Shown piece by piece: positions 8,680 through 17,895 of a stretch of 64,000 bases of DNA. The position numbers were made by a program, and so were the translations under genes. The stretch comes from an uncultured bacterium (lineage in GTDB: Bacteria; RBG-13-61-14; CAYWKU01). The stretch is from the NCBI GenBank assembly GCA_964459325.1, contig CAYWKU010000001.1:158040-222039 (forward strand), in the 5' to 3' direction. The number at the start of each line of letters is the position of its first letter. Positions within the stretch are counted from its first letter, which is position 1. Under the pieces are notes generated by a model. The model had not been told where the DNA came from and ran no database searches. It worked only from the letters and a program-made list of their open reading frames with translations.

Positions 8680-11262
8680 TTATAATTGAGAAATTTCTTC
8701 CTCTACCTTCGCTGAAGGGGTAACGCTTACCACCCCGGCGCCACCATTAACAGTTATGATGTCACCGGTCCTTATACAGTTGCAAGCACCCTGTACGCAA
8801 GCTACGCAAGGCAGACCGAAAGCTCTGGAAATGAGACCGATTCCGGATACGAAGCTGCCGGTTTCCGACACCATGGCTCCCGCCACGCCCGCCAGGGGAT
8901 ACATGGCGGAGTTCATCCCGGGAAGGACGGCGACCTGCCCTTGCCCGAGATTCCGAATATCCTCCGGTTTCCGGATTACGCGGGCGGAACCGGTGTATTC
9001 CCCGGAGCATACCCCAATGCCGTGAAGAGTGATTTCAGCCGGGCGAGTCGTTTCCGGCTCCCGAAGCCGTTGGTTTTCGTTAATATCGACCTGGCGCAGG
9101 TTGTTGAATTCTTCCCTTCTCCGGTTTACAAGCTCCTCAGGCGCTGTGCTCAACACCTCCAGGGAAAGCAGCTTTTTAATCTCTTCCAGGCGGAGAAAAA
9201 ATACGTCGCTATCGGAAGCGATTTCGTTCCTCGCCCGGAATCTTCTGCCGGTTTCCAGCAGCATTTTTCGGAGGGTTAAAGCAGCTTCGGCGATGCTTTT
9301 GTCGAGCTTTTGTGTCGAGCTTTCGGAAGCTCGGGCTTTTTCCAGGCAGTGCTTCAGTCCTTTGCTTGCGAAAAACCCCGTACTTTTGGTTGTTTCCCGG
9401 TAATTTTCGGCGGCCCGTGCCGAAGCGGTGTTCATCCTGGTTGTGGGGTCGGTTATTTCTCCGTTTTTCGCCATCATGACAATCATGGCCGCCGGCTCTT
9501 GCGATTGCTCCTTCCACCCGCCACGAGCGCATTCAAGTATTCCCGAAGATAAGTAGCCGTACTTATTGAGAAATTCTACGAGCCGCCTGTTGAAAAGCTC
9601 GCCTCCTTCCACTCGTAGCGCAAACAACTGGATTTCCTGCCAACCGGTAAGTTCTTCCATTTTTTCCGGAATTCGTCCTATTGATTCCGCCAGCCTTCCC
9701 AGCTTCCACGTATCCCTTGTCAGGGCTTTTCCCAGAGGCGAAGGGGGCAGGGCGGCATGAATTTCAGCAGCGCGGTCGGGGATTTTCGATTCCAGGAGGT
9801 TTCTGAGGGTGGAATGAAGGAGAATCAGGCAAAGCCGGAGTTCGGTGCGGGCGGTTATGAGGGGTTCGATTACGTCTTCTATAACCTCCTCCGTCAGTAA
9901 ATACAGGGCCGCGTCGCTTTTGCCTCTCAAGTCCGTGCGCTCGAGCCGCTTTTTCCGTTGAAGAAGCGCGGGGAGCGTTTTTTCCAACCTTTTGTTGATT
10001 TTACGCGCTGCTTTTCCCGCCCGGAATATCGTCATGAGGTTGCCGATTGTCCCTTTCGGCTTTGCAGGTGCAAGGACATCGTCTTTGAGAGTGGTCTCGG
10101 GCGCGATTTCCGGGTAGATGTTCATCAACTGCGCCAGGTGGTCGGTAAGCTCGGCGGAATTAACGTGCAGCCTGCCGTATAGGTCGGTGAAAAGTTTCAT
10201 GTCGTCGGCAATACGGATACCGGCGTTTTTCATTGCCGAGTGAGCGGCTTTTTCCACAAGGGGCATCATTATGCTTTTAGTGCATGGCGTCATGGGTTCA
10301 TCGGTCATAAATTCCGCCGCCCAATCCAGGCGGGACCATTTCCGCCCGGCATCGTGCTCGCGTGTTTCCGTCATGGGTTTGGCGCCCACTATGTGGAAGT
10401 TGCCTCCCACGGCGCACCAGTTCACGGCCTGAGGCGCTCCCATTTGCTCTTCCACCCGGCCCCCGAACTTTGCTAATGCGCACGCCAGCTCCTCGGTCAG
10501 GCCGGAAGGCCGGGGGCCGGTCAATCGCCTTTCTTCGAGCTGCCAATCGGCACGCGCCACGTGGAATATCTCCGGCTGAGGCCTTTTTCCCGGCGAATTA
10601 TCCGTAACGCCGCCGGTGGCTTCCAGGACAAGAACGTCGGGATTTCCGGTGGCCGGGTCGGAGGTGTATAACGTGCCGGAAACATCGGCGGGAACCATCC
10701 TTTGCACGATAACAGCCATTCGCGGAGGGCGGTGCAATGCACCCACCCGGGCGAGATACCTCAATGCTTTCGGATTGAACGCCTCCGACCAGATTTTCCT
10801 TATCCCATCGAAGAGGGCATCGTAGCCCTGTATCCCGGGCCGGCATTCGTAAAGGCCGGAGGGGGGAGGCGGTTCGTTTTGATGAAATACCGGGTCGGTG
10901 CGAACTATCACCTCCACGTACGGGTTCCCCTCCCCAAGGTTGGAATAGGCCTGCCGGATATCCTGCTCGATGGGTTCGTTTATTTGAACGGCATTTATGA
11001 GGTCGCTAATTTCGGAGGCAGATTTCGACAGAGAATCTTCATCCAGCGATTCGATTTTCGGGAGTAATTCTTTAACCTTTTCCCAAAATTCGGAGCTTTC
11101 CACGCACCTTTCCCAGGCTGTTGATGTAACCGCGAACCCCTCGGGCACGGGGAATCCGGCTTTTATCAGTGCTCCCAGGGAAGCCGTCTTGCGGCCTGAA
11201 ACGCGGGTGTAGTCGCCGGTCGAAATGTTTTCCAGCGGGACGGTTATGGGCGGCGTTACCAT
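8680..11262 (-). CDS. PEP-utilising-enzyme family protein (rifampin phosphotransferase / PEP synthase-like architecture); swivel-domain His apparently replaced
   Basis: N-terminal PPDK-type ATP-grasp (SLGALIKAGFPVPEGFAVT). 860 aa. The C-terminal mobile domain aligns with GGRTSHAAIIARELGIP as TGSFVSGIGLISRAFGLP, which places His at a Gly. Confidence 0.6.
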   Translation of the reverse strand: MVTPPITVPLENISTGDYTRVSGRKTASLGALIKAGFPVPEGFAVTSTAWERCVESSEFWEKVKELLPKIESLDEDSLSKSASEISDLINAVQINEPIEQDIRQAYSNLGEGNPYVEVIVRTDPVFHQNEPPPPSGLYECRPGIQGYDALFDGIRKIWSEAFNPKALRYLARVGALHRPPRMAVIVQRMVPADVSGTLYTSDPATGNPDVLVLEATGGVTDNSPGKRPQPEIFHVARADWQLEERRLTGPRPSGLTEELACALAKFGGRVEEQMGAPQAVNWCAVGGNFHIVGAKPMTETREHDAGRKWSRLDWAAEFMTDEPMTPCTKSIMMPLVEKAAHSAMKNAGIRIADDMKLFTDLYGRLHVNSAELTDHLAQLMNIYPEIAPETTLKDDVLAPAKPKGTIGNLMTIFRAGKAARKINKRLEKTLPALLQRKKRLERTDLRGKSDAALYLLTEEVIEDVIEPLITARTELRLCLILLHSTLRNLLESKIPDRAAEIHAALPPSPLGKALTRDTWKLGRLAESIGRIPEKMEELTGWQEIQLFALRVEGGELFNRRLVEFLNKYGYLSSGILECARGGWKEQSQEPAAMIVMMAKNGEITDPTTRMNTASARAAENYRETTKSTGFFASKGLKHCLEKARASESSTQKLDKSIAEAALTLRKMLLETGRRFRARNEIASDSDVFFLRLEEIKKLLSLEVLSTAPEELVNRRREEFNNLRQVDINENQRLREPETTRPAEITLHGIGVCSGEYTGSARVIRKPEDIRNLGQGQVAVLPGMNSAMYPLAGVAGAMVSETGSFVSGIGLISRAFGLPCVACVQGACNCIRTGDIITVNGGAGVVSVTPSAKVEEEISQL

Positions 11263-12077
11263 TTATTCCGGAGTTCTCTGAGCGCCAGGAACACGCTTTT
11301 ATCGTCGTCGAATGAGCGGTTGAATTTATCGGAAAGCAACCCCCGTATTTCAGCGGAATCCAGGCGGAAGAACGGGCTGTGCTCGCGCTCGTCGGCCAGG
11401 GAGGTTTCCAGTATTTCTTCGCCGGAAGCCAGAAATTTCGCCTCCTCGAGCTTGCGCTTGGCAGCCGCGTTGCCCGGCTCCACCGAGAGAGCGAATTCCA
11501 GGTTTCTTTTGGCATAATCATGACCCGGGTGGAGCACGGTATCGCCGGGGAGTGTATGTATCTTGTTTTTGAAGCTTTCGTACAATTGCTCGGGGTTGCC
11601 GCCGAAGCGGGGGTTGCCGCAGCCGGCGACGAAAACGGTGTCTCCCGAGAACAGATGGGGTTGCCCGTCGGAGGGCTTGAACAGAAGGCATATGCTGCCC
11701 TGGGTATGGCCCGGAGTGTGTATTACCTGGACGGACATGCCGTCCACGTTGATGTTGCGGCCTTCGGAAAGCGGCTTCGGTTCTCCGTGTATGGTCACCC
11801 GGTCGGGGTCGTGGGCATAGAGCTTCGCCCCGGTTCGCCTGACCAGTTCCGAGTTTCCGCCGGTGTGGTCGGGATGGCCGTGGGTGTTGATGAGGGCGGC
11901 TATTTTTCCCAGACCGGCTTCGGAAACGGCTTCCATGATGTCGCCGGCGTCGACGGGGTCAATCGCCGCACACTGCTTGCCTTCTCCCGCTGAAAGAACA
12001 TAGCTCTGGTTGTCCGACCCCGCCGGTATTCTCAAAACAATCATTTCTTCTCCTCCTGAATCATTAGAAAGTATCAC
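11256..12077 (-). CDS. MBL-fold metallo-hydrolase (hydroxyacylglutathione hydrolase-like)
   Basis: HxHxDH motif INTHGHPDHTGGN; 7-bp overlap with the downstream PEP-utilising gene. Confidence 0.8.
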   Translation of the reverse strand: MILSNDSGGEEMIVLRIPAGSDNQSYVLSAGEGKQCAAIDPVDAGDIMEAVSEAGLGKIAALINTHGHPDHTGGNSELVRRTGAKLYAHDPDRVTIHGEPKPLSEGRNINVDGMSVQVIHTPGHTQGSICLLFKPSDGQPHLFSGDTVFVAGCGNPRFGGNPEQLYESFKNKIHTLPGDTVLHPGHDYAKRNLEFALSVEPGNAAAKRKLEEAKFLASGEEILETSLADEREHSPFFRLDSAEIRGLLSDKFNRSFDDDKSVFLALRELRNKW

Positions 12078-12149
12078 GATGAAGGCTTCTTTTCAATTTT
12101 CTTAAGTGTGGAGGGTCAGCTTTAAAGGCCGCTGCAGAATTGATTATGC

Positions 12150-12244
12150 CGTAACGCCCGGACGGGCAAATAGGGGTTGCTTAAAATCAAGCACTTACAA
12201 GATGCCACCGAGCCATACGGCCTGTCAGGGACGGTGGCGTTACG
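12150..12244. repeat. Repeat B copy 1 (CGTAACGCC...GGCGTTACG element, 95 bp) nested inside a longer inverted repeat (12127-12270)
   Basis: Shares the CGTAACGCCCGGACGGGCAAA 5' end, the CTTACAAG core and the GGCGTTACG 3' end with the copy at 20366-20441. Internal stem CCACCG/CGGTGG. Confidence 0.7.
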
Positions 12245-12449
12245 TTCTTTATATTCTGCAACGGCCTCTGGTCCTTTAAATCCCGGTTTTCTCAGCGGCA
12301 GTTGTCAACATGTGCATAATTCGCGACGGTTAATTATGAGATAATAGCACCCTAATGCGATTTTAAGCATCTTACTTATGTTATTGTCCGTTGACGGAAC
12401 GGTGATGCGTTAATAAGTTTATTTTAAACGCTTTTTGGGGAGTTGAATA

Positions 12450-12920
12450 ATGTCGGAGGTACGAAAGAGGCTTGAGTCTATGGGGATTGAGTTACCGGAG
12501 ATGAGCGCTCCGGTGGCTTCATACGCCCCGTATGCCGTGGTCGGCAATATGGTATTTATAAGCGGAGTGCTTCCGTTCAAGGAGGGGAAATTGCTCCATA
12601 TCGGAAAAGTAGGGGCAAGGGCAGGGGATGCCGTTTCCTTCGAGCAGGCTCAATCCGCCGCCCGCCAATGTACGATAAACGCGCTCGCTTCGCTGGAAGC
12701 TGCCGTCGGGGACCTGGATAAGGTCAAGCGCATAGTCCGGCTGGAGGGGTACGTGGCTTCGGAGCCGGGGTTCACCGACCAGCACAAGGTCATGAACGCC
12801 GCAAGTGAGCTTGTGGCCGGGGTTTTCGGGGAAAAGGGGGTGCATTCCCGGATAGCGGTCGGGGTGGCCGCGCTTCCGTTGGGCGCTCCCGTGGAGATTG
12901 CCGTAATTGCCGAAATCTGA
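12450..12920 (+). CDS. ridA: RidA/YjgF family enamine-imine deaminase
   Basis: 156 aa with a typical YjgF fold sequence (VFISGVLPF...RIAVGVAALPLGAPVEIAVIA). Confidence 0.7.
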   Translation: MSEVRKRLESMGIELPEMSAPVASYAPYAVVGNMVFISGVLPFKEGKLLHIGKVGARAGDAVSFEQAQSAARQCTINALASLEAAVGDLDKVKRIVRLEGYVASEPGFTDQHKVMNAASELVAGVFGEKGVHSRIAVGVAALPLGAPVEIAVIAEI

Positions 12921-13024
12921 ATGAAATTTTACCGAATTCTTTACATTCAGTATTTATATTGAAGAATCGGTAAGTATTGTGTATGATATTGAGGAGTCCT
13001 CGTGTGAGTTCCAGTATAGAAAAA

Positions 13025-14164
13025 ATGAATAAAGAATTTGATGTTATGGAGATGTATTCGTCCGAATTCAAGGAAAAATGCGAGGCCGTCGCAAGCGCAC
13101 CCGGCAGGGTAAATCTTATCGGGGAACATACCGACTACAACAAGGGTTTTGTCCTCCCCATGGCGGTGGAGCGGAGGGTATGGGCGGCGGGCAAGCCGGC
13201 TTCGGGTGATGTTGTCGAGGTGGCAAGCGCCGATATGCCGGGGCATTTCATGGCCGAAAAAGGGCTCAAACGCACCCGGACGTGGGCCGATTATCCCCTC
13301 GGGGTGATATGGGCGCTCAGGGAGGAAGGCTGGAAAATCCCGGGCGTGAAAATTTACTACCGGGGAAACGTGCCCCTCGGCGGGGGTCTGTCAAGCTCCG
13401 CGGCCATTGAGGTCGCTACCGCTCAACTGCTGAAGGGGCTTTTCAACCTGCCCATATCGGCCCGGCAAATGGCTCTGACCTGCCAGTTGGCCGAAAACCA
13501 GTTCGTGGGCATGAAATGCGGCGCCATGGACCAGATGGCCTCGGCTCTCGGAGAAAAGGACAGGGCACTGCATATCGATTGCAGGGACTTGAAATTCCAA
13601 ACGGTGCCGCTGAAAATCGACGACCACAAGGTGGTGATAATCAACAGCGGCGTTAAAAGAGAGCTTGCCGCAAGCGAGTACAACAAGCGCCGAAACGAAT
13701 GCGAAGAGGCCGCGAAAAAACTCGGGGTCAAAAGCCTGCGGCGTGTTTCATCAAAAGATATGGATAAAATCGAGGCCCTGCCGGAGCCTCTGAGCCGGCG
13801 CGCACGGCACGTGGTGACGGAAAATGAAAGGGTCGGGCGGGCCGTGGATTGCGTTTCCGGTGGCGACCTCGAGGAGTTCGGCGAACTGATGAACGCGAGC
13901 CACTCAAGCTTGAGGGACGATTATGAAGTCAGCGTCCCGGAGCTGGATTTCCTGGTGGATGAGTGCAATAAAGTCAAAGGGGTGCTGGGAGCGAGGCTTA
14001 CCGGAGCGGGCTTCGGAGGATGTATAGTAGTGCTGGCTCACAAGGACTCGATACCGACGATAGAAAAGAAAATCCTTGGCGGCTACAGGAAAAAGTTCCC
14101 GAGCGAGCCTTCCCTCATGACCACCAACCCGGCCGACGGGGCCAGGGTCGAAGAGTTGATGTGA
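13025..14164 (+). CDS. galK: galactokinase
   Basis: GHMP kinase motifs APGRVNLIGEHTDYNKGFVLPMA and PLGGGLSSSAA. Start chosen at MNKEF; the upstream in-frame codons are not conserved. Confidence 0.85.
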   Translation: MNKEFDVMEMYSSEFKEKCEAVASAPGRVNLIGEHTDYNKGFVLPMAVERRVWAAGKPASGDVVEVASADMPGHFMAEKGLKRTRTWADYPLGVIWALREEGWKIPGVKIYYRGNVPLGGGLSSSAAIEVATAQLLKGLFNLPISARQMALTCQLAENQFVGMKCGAMDQMASALGEKDRALHIDCRDLKFQTVPLKIDDHKVVIINSGVKRELAASEYNKRRNECEEAAKKLGVKSLRRVSSKDMDKIEALPEPLSRRARHVVTENERVGRAVDCVSGGDLEEFGELMNASHSSLRDDYEVSVPELDFLVDECNKVKGVLGARLTGAGFGGCIVVLAHKDSIPTIEKKILGGYRKKFPSEPSLMTTNPADGARVEELM

Positions 14165-14182
14165 AGGGGAGCGTTGTCCCCG

Positions 14183-14200
14183 CCTACTGCTGCCTACCCC
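14183..14200. repeat. left direct repeat (CCTACTGCTGCCTACCCC) flanking the cassette island
   Basis: Matches 16089-16106 (CCTTACTGCTGTCTACCC), which forms the 3' end of the CDS 16091-16669. Confidence 0.6.
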
Positions 14201-14201
14201 C

Positions 14202-14317
14202 GGGTGGCCCGGACGTTATACGTCCGGGTTGTCCGGCAGGACAACAAGAAATAATGATGTACTAAGTCCGAGGGTATCAAATTTCCGACCCTACACGGGT
14301 GTTTACCCGTGCCATCC
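14202..14317. repeat. Repeat A copy 1 (GGGTGGC - hairpin ... hairpin - GCCATCC)
   Basis: Perfect palindrome CCCGGACGT-TAT-ACGTCCGGG at 14208-14228; terminal hairpin CACGGGTGTTTACCCGTG. Confidence 0.7.
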
Positions 14318-14445
14318 TAATGGTATCCAAACATCACAGAGCTGACATTCTGTTTAACGGATTTGCTCTTGACAATCATTCTTGTGCTGTGATAAGTTCA
14401 CAAAAATTTAAATAAAGAACAGATAGCCGCCAATAGGAGGGGGAA

Positions 14446-14676
14446 ATGAAAGAAATAAAAGTTATATTGAGCTTTCTGCTAATCTTGGCTATTTGTGGTT
14501 GCGCTTCCAAGGCTTATCAATCCGCCAGAAACAAAGACACGGTGGAAGCCTATAAAGAATTCCTCGAAAAATATCCCGACTCAAAGTTTACCTCAGAAGC
14601 AAAAGCCAGACGTGAAGAACTATACTTTCAAAAACCCTATGGGAAAGGGAACTATTGTAATTGCCAAAAATTTTAG
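14446..14676 (+). CDS. small lipoprotein with TPR-like motif (possibly the N-terminal part of a frameshifted gene)
   Basis: Signal peptide plus lipobox LAICGC. AYKEFLEKYPDSKFTSEAKA resembles a YbgF/CpoB-type TPR. Ends in an A5T4 homopolymer tract. Confidence 0.4.
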   Translation: MKEIKVILSFLLILAICGCASKAYQSARNKDTVEAYKEFLEKYPDSKFTSEAKARREELYFQKPYGKGNYCNCQKF

Positions 14677-15088
14677 CTTAAACAAAGTGAATTTTGGTTT
14701 TCCGTATCATGGATATCAAAGAGCTGAACTTTGGTTAAGGAATCACCCAAGATGGGGAACAGATGTTATGCTGCTCGTAAAAAGAGGTCAATATGATTGT
14801 GACATAATAAATGGATGTTCGTTGGCGGTTCGGTTTGATGAGGAAAATATATGGTGGTGTGAAGCACAGCAGCCGAAATCGGGAAGTAGTAATGTTTTAT
14901 TTTTGTCTCGGCCTGTTGCCTTCCTTTCAAGCCTACCGGCCCATAAAAAACTGCGTATTGAAGCCGCTTTCTATCAAGAAGGAAATCGTACTTTCGAATT
15001 TAATATACATGGTTTTGACCTATTCCGGTTGTGCTTGGGGGAAAAGAACGCTCAGCTCGTAAGGGAGCTTATTATAGACAAAAAGTAG
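14495..15088 (+). CDS. hypothetical protein (a +1 frame relative to 14446-14676; possibly the downstream part of the same gene)
   Basis: 197-aa ORF with AT-rich codon usage and no family recognised. Overlaps the lipoprotein ORF. Confidence 0.35.
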   Translation: MVALPRLINPPETKTRWKPIKNSSKNIPTQSLPQKQKPDVKNYTFKNPMGKGTIVIAKNFSLNKVNFGFPYHGYQRAELWLRNHPRWGTDVMLLVKRGQYDCDIINGCSLAVRFDEENIWWCEAQQPKSGSSNVLFLSRPVAFLSSLPAHKKLRIEAAFYQEGNRTFEFNIHGFDLFRLCLGEKNAQLVRELIIDKK

Positions 15089-15097
15089 GCGAGGGCG

Positions 15098-15250
15098 GGG
15101 TGGCCCGGACGTTATACGTCCGGGTCCGAAGGACAAGAAACGTTGCAGACAACCGGGGGTTTCTCAACGACCTTCCTCTAAGCTTGAAACTACGGTGGAG
15201 ATGTTTCTTGTTGCAGGCGCAACACAGACGCAGTGGCGTCTGTGCCACCC
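15098..15250. repeat. Repeat A copy 2 (153 bp)
   Basis: GGGTGGC + CCCGGACGTTATACGTCCGGG + TCCGAAGG ... TTTCTTGTTGCAGGCGCAAC + hairpin CAGACGCAGTGGCGTCTG + GCCACCC. Confidence 0.7.
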
Positions 15251-15342
15251 GCCCAAGCGGAGATTTGTTGCAGTTTGCAGCATAACAACAACAGTTAATC
15301 TAAAATATTTGAGTGTTTCTGCAAAACGGTAAGGAGGAATTT

Positions 15343-15891
15343 ATGAGTATTCCATTGGATATAGTTAGATTTTTATTTGATATTATAAAAAATCATTACC
15401 ATAAACCCAAATTGGAGTTGGAAGGGGATGAAGCAGCCACTGGCTCCAAAGTTTATGCGCACGTTGTCAAGGTAAGAAACAAAGGCAGAAGTATTGCGAA
15501 AAATTGTGTGGGGGAACTTACGATAGATATATATAAAAATGATATTGCACATATCCCTCAAAATGTTTTAAATGCCAATGGCTATTGTATTCATCAGAAC
15601 AATTTTAGAGCGATAAAAGATGAGGGATTATGCTGGTCTTTCGGCAATAATCCTGACAAAATAATGATAAATCCGCGTACCTATAAGAAACTTGATTTTT
15701 ATCAAGTATATATTGGTAGCCGAGAAATTGATATCCCGAGCGAAAAGGGATTTAAAAAAAAGAGGGTAAAACTGAAGCCCAAGGACTACATGGGTACAAT
15801 AACGGTAAGCGCTGAAAATGCAGAGCCAGTTACAAGAAGCTTCAAAATGATAGTTAAGAAAAACGATGTAGACTATGAATGGATAGATTGA
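15343..15891 (+). CDS. hypothetical protein (cassette ORF, low GC)
   Basis: Strong RBS AAGGAGG 6 nt upstream of the ATG at 15343. Lys/Asn/Ile-rich composition unlike neighbouring genes. Confidence 0.5.
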   Translation: MSIPLDIVRFLFDIIKNHYHKPKLELEGDEAATGSKVYAHVVKVRNKGRSIAKNCVGELTIDIYKNDIAHIPQNVLNANGYCIHQNNFRAIKDEGLCWSFGNNPDKIMINPRTYKKLDFYQVYIGSREIDIPSEKGFKKKRVKLKPKDYMGTITVSAENAEPVTRSFKMIVKKNDVDYEWID

Positions 15892-15907
15892 GCAGATTGA
15901 TAATGGT

Positions 15908-16049
15908 GGGTGGCACGGACAGTATTGTCCGTGTTCCGAAGGGGCAAGAGGATTAATCGTATTGTGTGAGGGGAAGGCGGGGACTCGTCAGCGCCGATAA
16001 TTAGGGAAAAAGATTTCTTGTTGCTTGCGCAACCCGGACGTATAACGTC
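15908..16049. repeat. Repeat A copy 3 (142 bp) with a diverged left hairpin and an inverted right-end palindrome
   Basis: GGGTGGC + CACGGACA-GTAT-TGTCCGTG + TTCCGAAGG ... TTTCTTGTTGCTTGCGCAAC + CCCGGACGTATAACGTCCGGG + GCCACCC. The right end is the exact reverse complement of the copy 1 left end (27 bp). Confidence 0.75.
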
Positions 16050-16090
16050 CGGGCCACCCTGGGCGTTTTATTGTGGTATTTGTACCCCCC

Positions 16091-16669
16091 TTACTGCTGT
16101 CTACCCTCTATCCCGGTTATAAGTACCGACGAGGCTATTGCGAGCCGGCGGTCGAAGAGGTTCTGCATGTCCTGTGAGAAGTCGAGGTTGAGTTTGAGGA
16201 CGAAGGGGTTGAAGTTCTGCTTGAATACGGCCACCGGCCGGGAGTTAATCGTGACCTGGAACTTTTGAGGTATCAGGTTGCTCAAAAACCGCCTGAGAAG
16301 TGCGAGGAACAGGCTGTCTTCGACGATTTTCCCTACTTCCCGGTCATTGTTGTCCAGTATGAGCCATTCGTCCCGGAAGATGGCTTTCAGGCCGCTTCTT
16401 CTCAATGCGCCGACTTTTTCTCCGGTGGTGTTGTCCACCACGTCGTAAGTGGCGGAGATGTCAAGCATTTTGCGCGCCTTTATGGAGAGTATCCGCTCCT
16501 GCTTGCTCTTGTCTCCGAACACCCCGATGTCTTCCTTAAGCTTGAAAGCCTTCAACTCCGAGAAAAACACCAGGTTGCCCTGCGGGTCGTAAATGTGGTA
16601 CGAGCCGCCGAAGATTTTGAATATGGTCCTTCTGACCATGTAGTGGGAATGCCGGAACCTTTCATCCAT
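16091..16669 (-). CDS. hypothetical protein (possible LURP1/Tubby-like fold, DUF567-like)
   Basis: 192 aa; weak resemblance (FKIFGGSYHIYDPQGNLVF). Its last 6 codons lie inside the right direct repeat. Confidence 0.35.
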   Translation of the reverse strand: MDERFRHSHYMVRRTIFKIFGGSYHIYDPQGNLVFFSELKAFKLKEDIGVFGDKSKQERILSIKARKMLDISATYDVVDNTTGEKVGALRRSGLKAIFRDEWLILDNNDREVGKIVEDSLFLALLRRFLSNLIPQKFQVTINSRPVAVFKQNFNPFVLKLNLDFSQDMQNLFDRRLAIASSVLITGIEGRQQ

Positions 16670-17001
16670 TTTCAGCTCCTTTCAATAACCCAATAGTAAT
16701 CGCCCGGTTTTGGTATATGGCCCTTATATCTCAAGGCGGTACTAAAAATACCGCATTCTGGAATTGACATTTTCGGCAAGACAGTAAGCGCACCGGATTG
16801 AAATTAAACACGTGGCGGTACGGATATTTTTTATTTTATGTAACTCTTCCAGGGTTTTATTAAAACCAAACCACCCGGCATTATGATAATTATGGGAACA
16901 CATGAAAATAATTGTTTGTTACTCTACTGCTTATAATTGCCAGAAATCAGTAGACTTTCCGGCATATTGTAAAATTCCATAAGCGTCATCTTTAACCATA
17001 T

Positions 17002-17778
17002 TTATCGCCCATCGACGTAATTCCGGCTCCCATTCAATATTTTTTTTGTCGGGAGAGGAGTGCTTAGATGATGCTTAATCTTATTTTTTATATTTTTTGG
17101 GATAATTGGTTTAATATAATTAATAATTTTTATTCTTTTTAACTTGCGCAAGGAACTAGTAGATTGCCTCCTGCCATCCGATGCATTCTTACGCTTAAAA
17201 ATGTCGGTAAAGTTAAATTCATAATCAACATTTAAAAAACGACAAATATCCGATAATACTGCATGAGGGGCTGCTATAAAATCTTCAAAGAATAGGATTT
17301 TAATTTGTTCATCGGTAAAGTATTTCCTATATTCTGAAATTATATTATAATAAAGACATGATTGAATTAATGATTTGTATTCCGTTACAGCTTTTGAAAA
17401 AACTTTAGGCATTTGTGAATATCCTACAGTTGTGTTTCTAAAATTATGTAAGAAACTGGACTCAATCTTATCAAGTGGATGCCTGACTATGTAAATTAAT
17501 TTCGCATTTGGAAGGTCATTCTTCAATCTTTGTGCAGCCTTTGAATAATACTGTCCAGTGTAACATGTAGATGCGTCGCCTATACATATTTCATTAGAAT
17601 GGTGTTTAAAAAATGATTCGTACCAACTCCATCCCTTGCTGTAATTATAGTCCCTTGAGAAAAAATTTGGCTCTTTTGGCTTGGACATACATACATCGGG
17701 ATGTTGTTGTAATAGACTCCAAATGCTGGTAGTCCCGGCTTTTGCGGCACCTATTATCAAAAAATTTGGCTTTATCAT
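17002..17778 (-). CDS. sulfotransferase family protein
   Basis: PAPS-binding P-loop IIGAAKAGTTS followed by a sulfotransferase-like body. Low GC, AT-rich codons. Start placed at MIKPNF. Confidence 0.7.
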   Translation of the reverse strand: MIKPNFLIIGAAKAGTTSIWSLLQQHPDVCMSKPKEPNFFSRDYNYSKGWSWYESFFKHHSNEICIGDASTCYTGQYYSKAAQRLKNDLPNAKLIYIVRHPLDKIESSFLHNFRNTTVGYSQMPKVFSKAVTEYKSLIQSCLYYNIISEYRKYFTDEQIKILFFEDFIAAPHAVLSDICRFLNVDYEFNFTDIFKRKNASDGRRQSTSSLRKLKRIKIINYIKPIIPKNIKNKIKHHLSTPLPTKKILNGSRNYVDGR

Positions 17779-17895
17779 GGATAGAATTATAACACACATA
17801 GCATGAATTCAGCAAAAGCGAGTCTGGTACTGAAGTCTTTCTTTGAGGGGCTATACCTTATTACCCGTTGGTTGGTGGAAAATAATCGGTGTAGG

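Noticed and set aside
14202-16049. Classical integron attC sites
   Set aside because: No RYYYAAC/GTTRRRY boxes at the element ends and no IntI integrase in the window. The cassette-like architecture is real, so it is reported as non-canonical.
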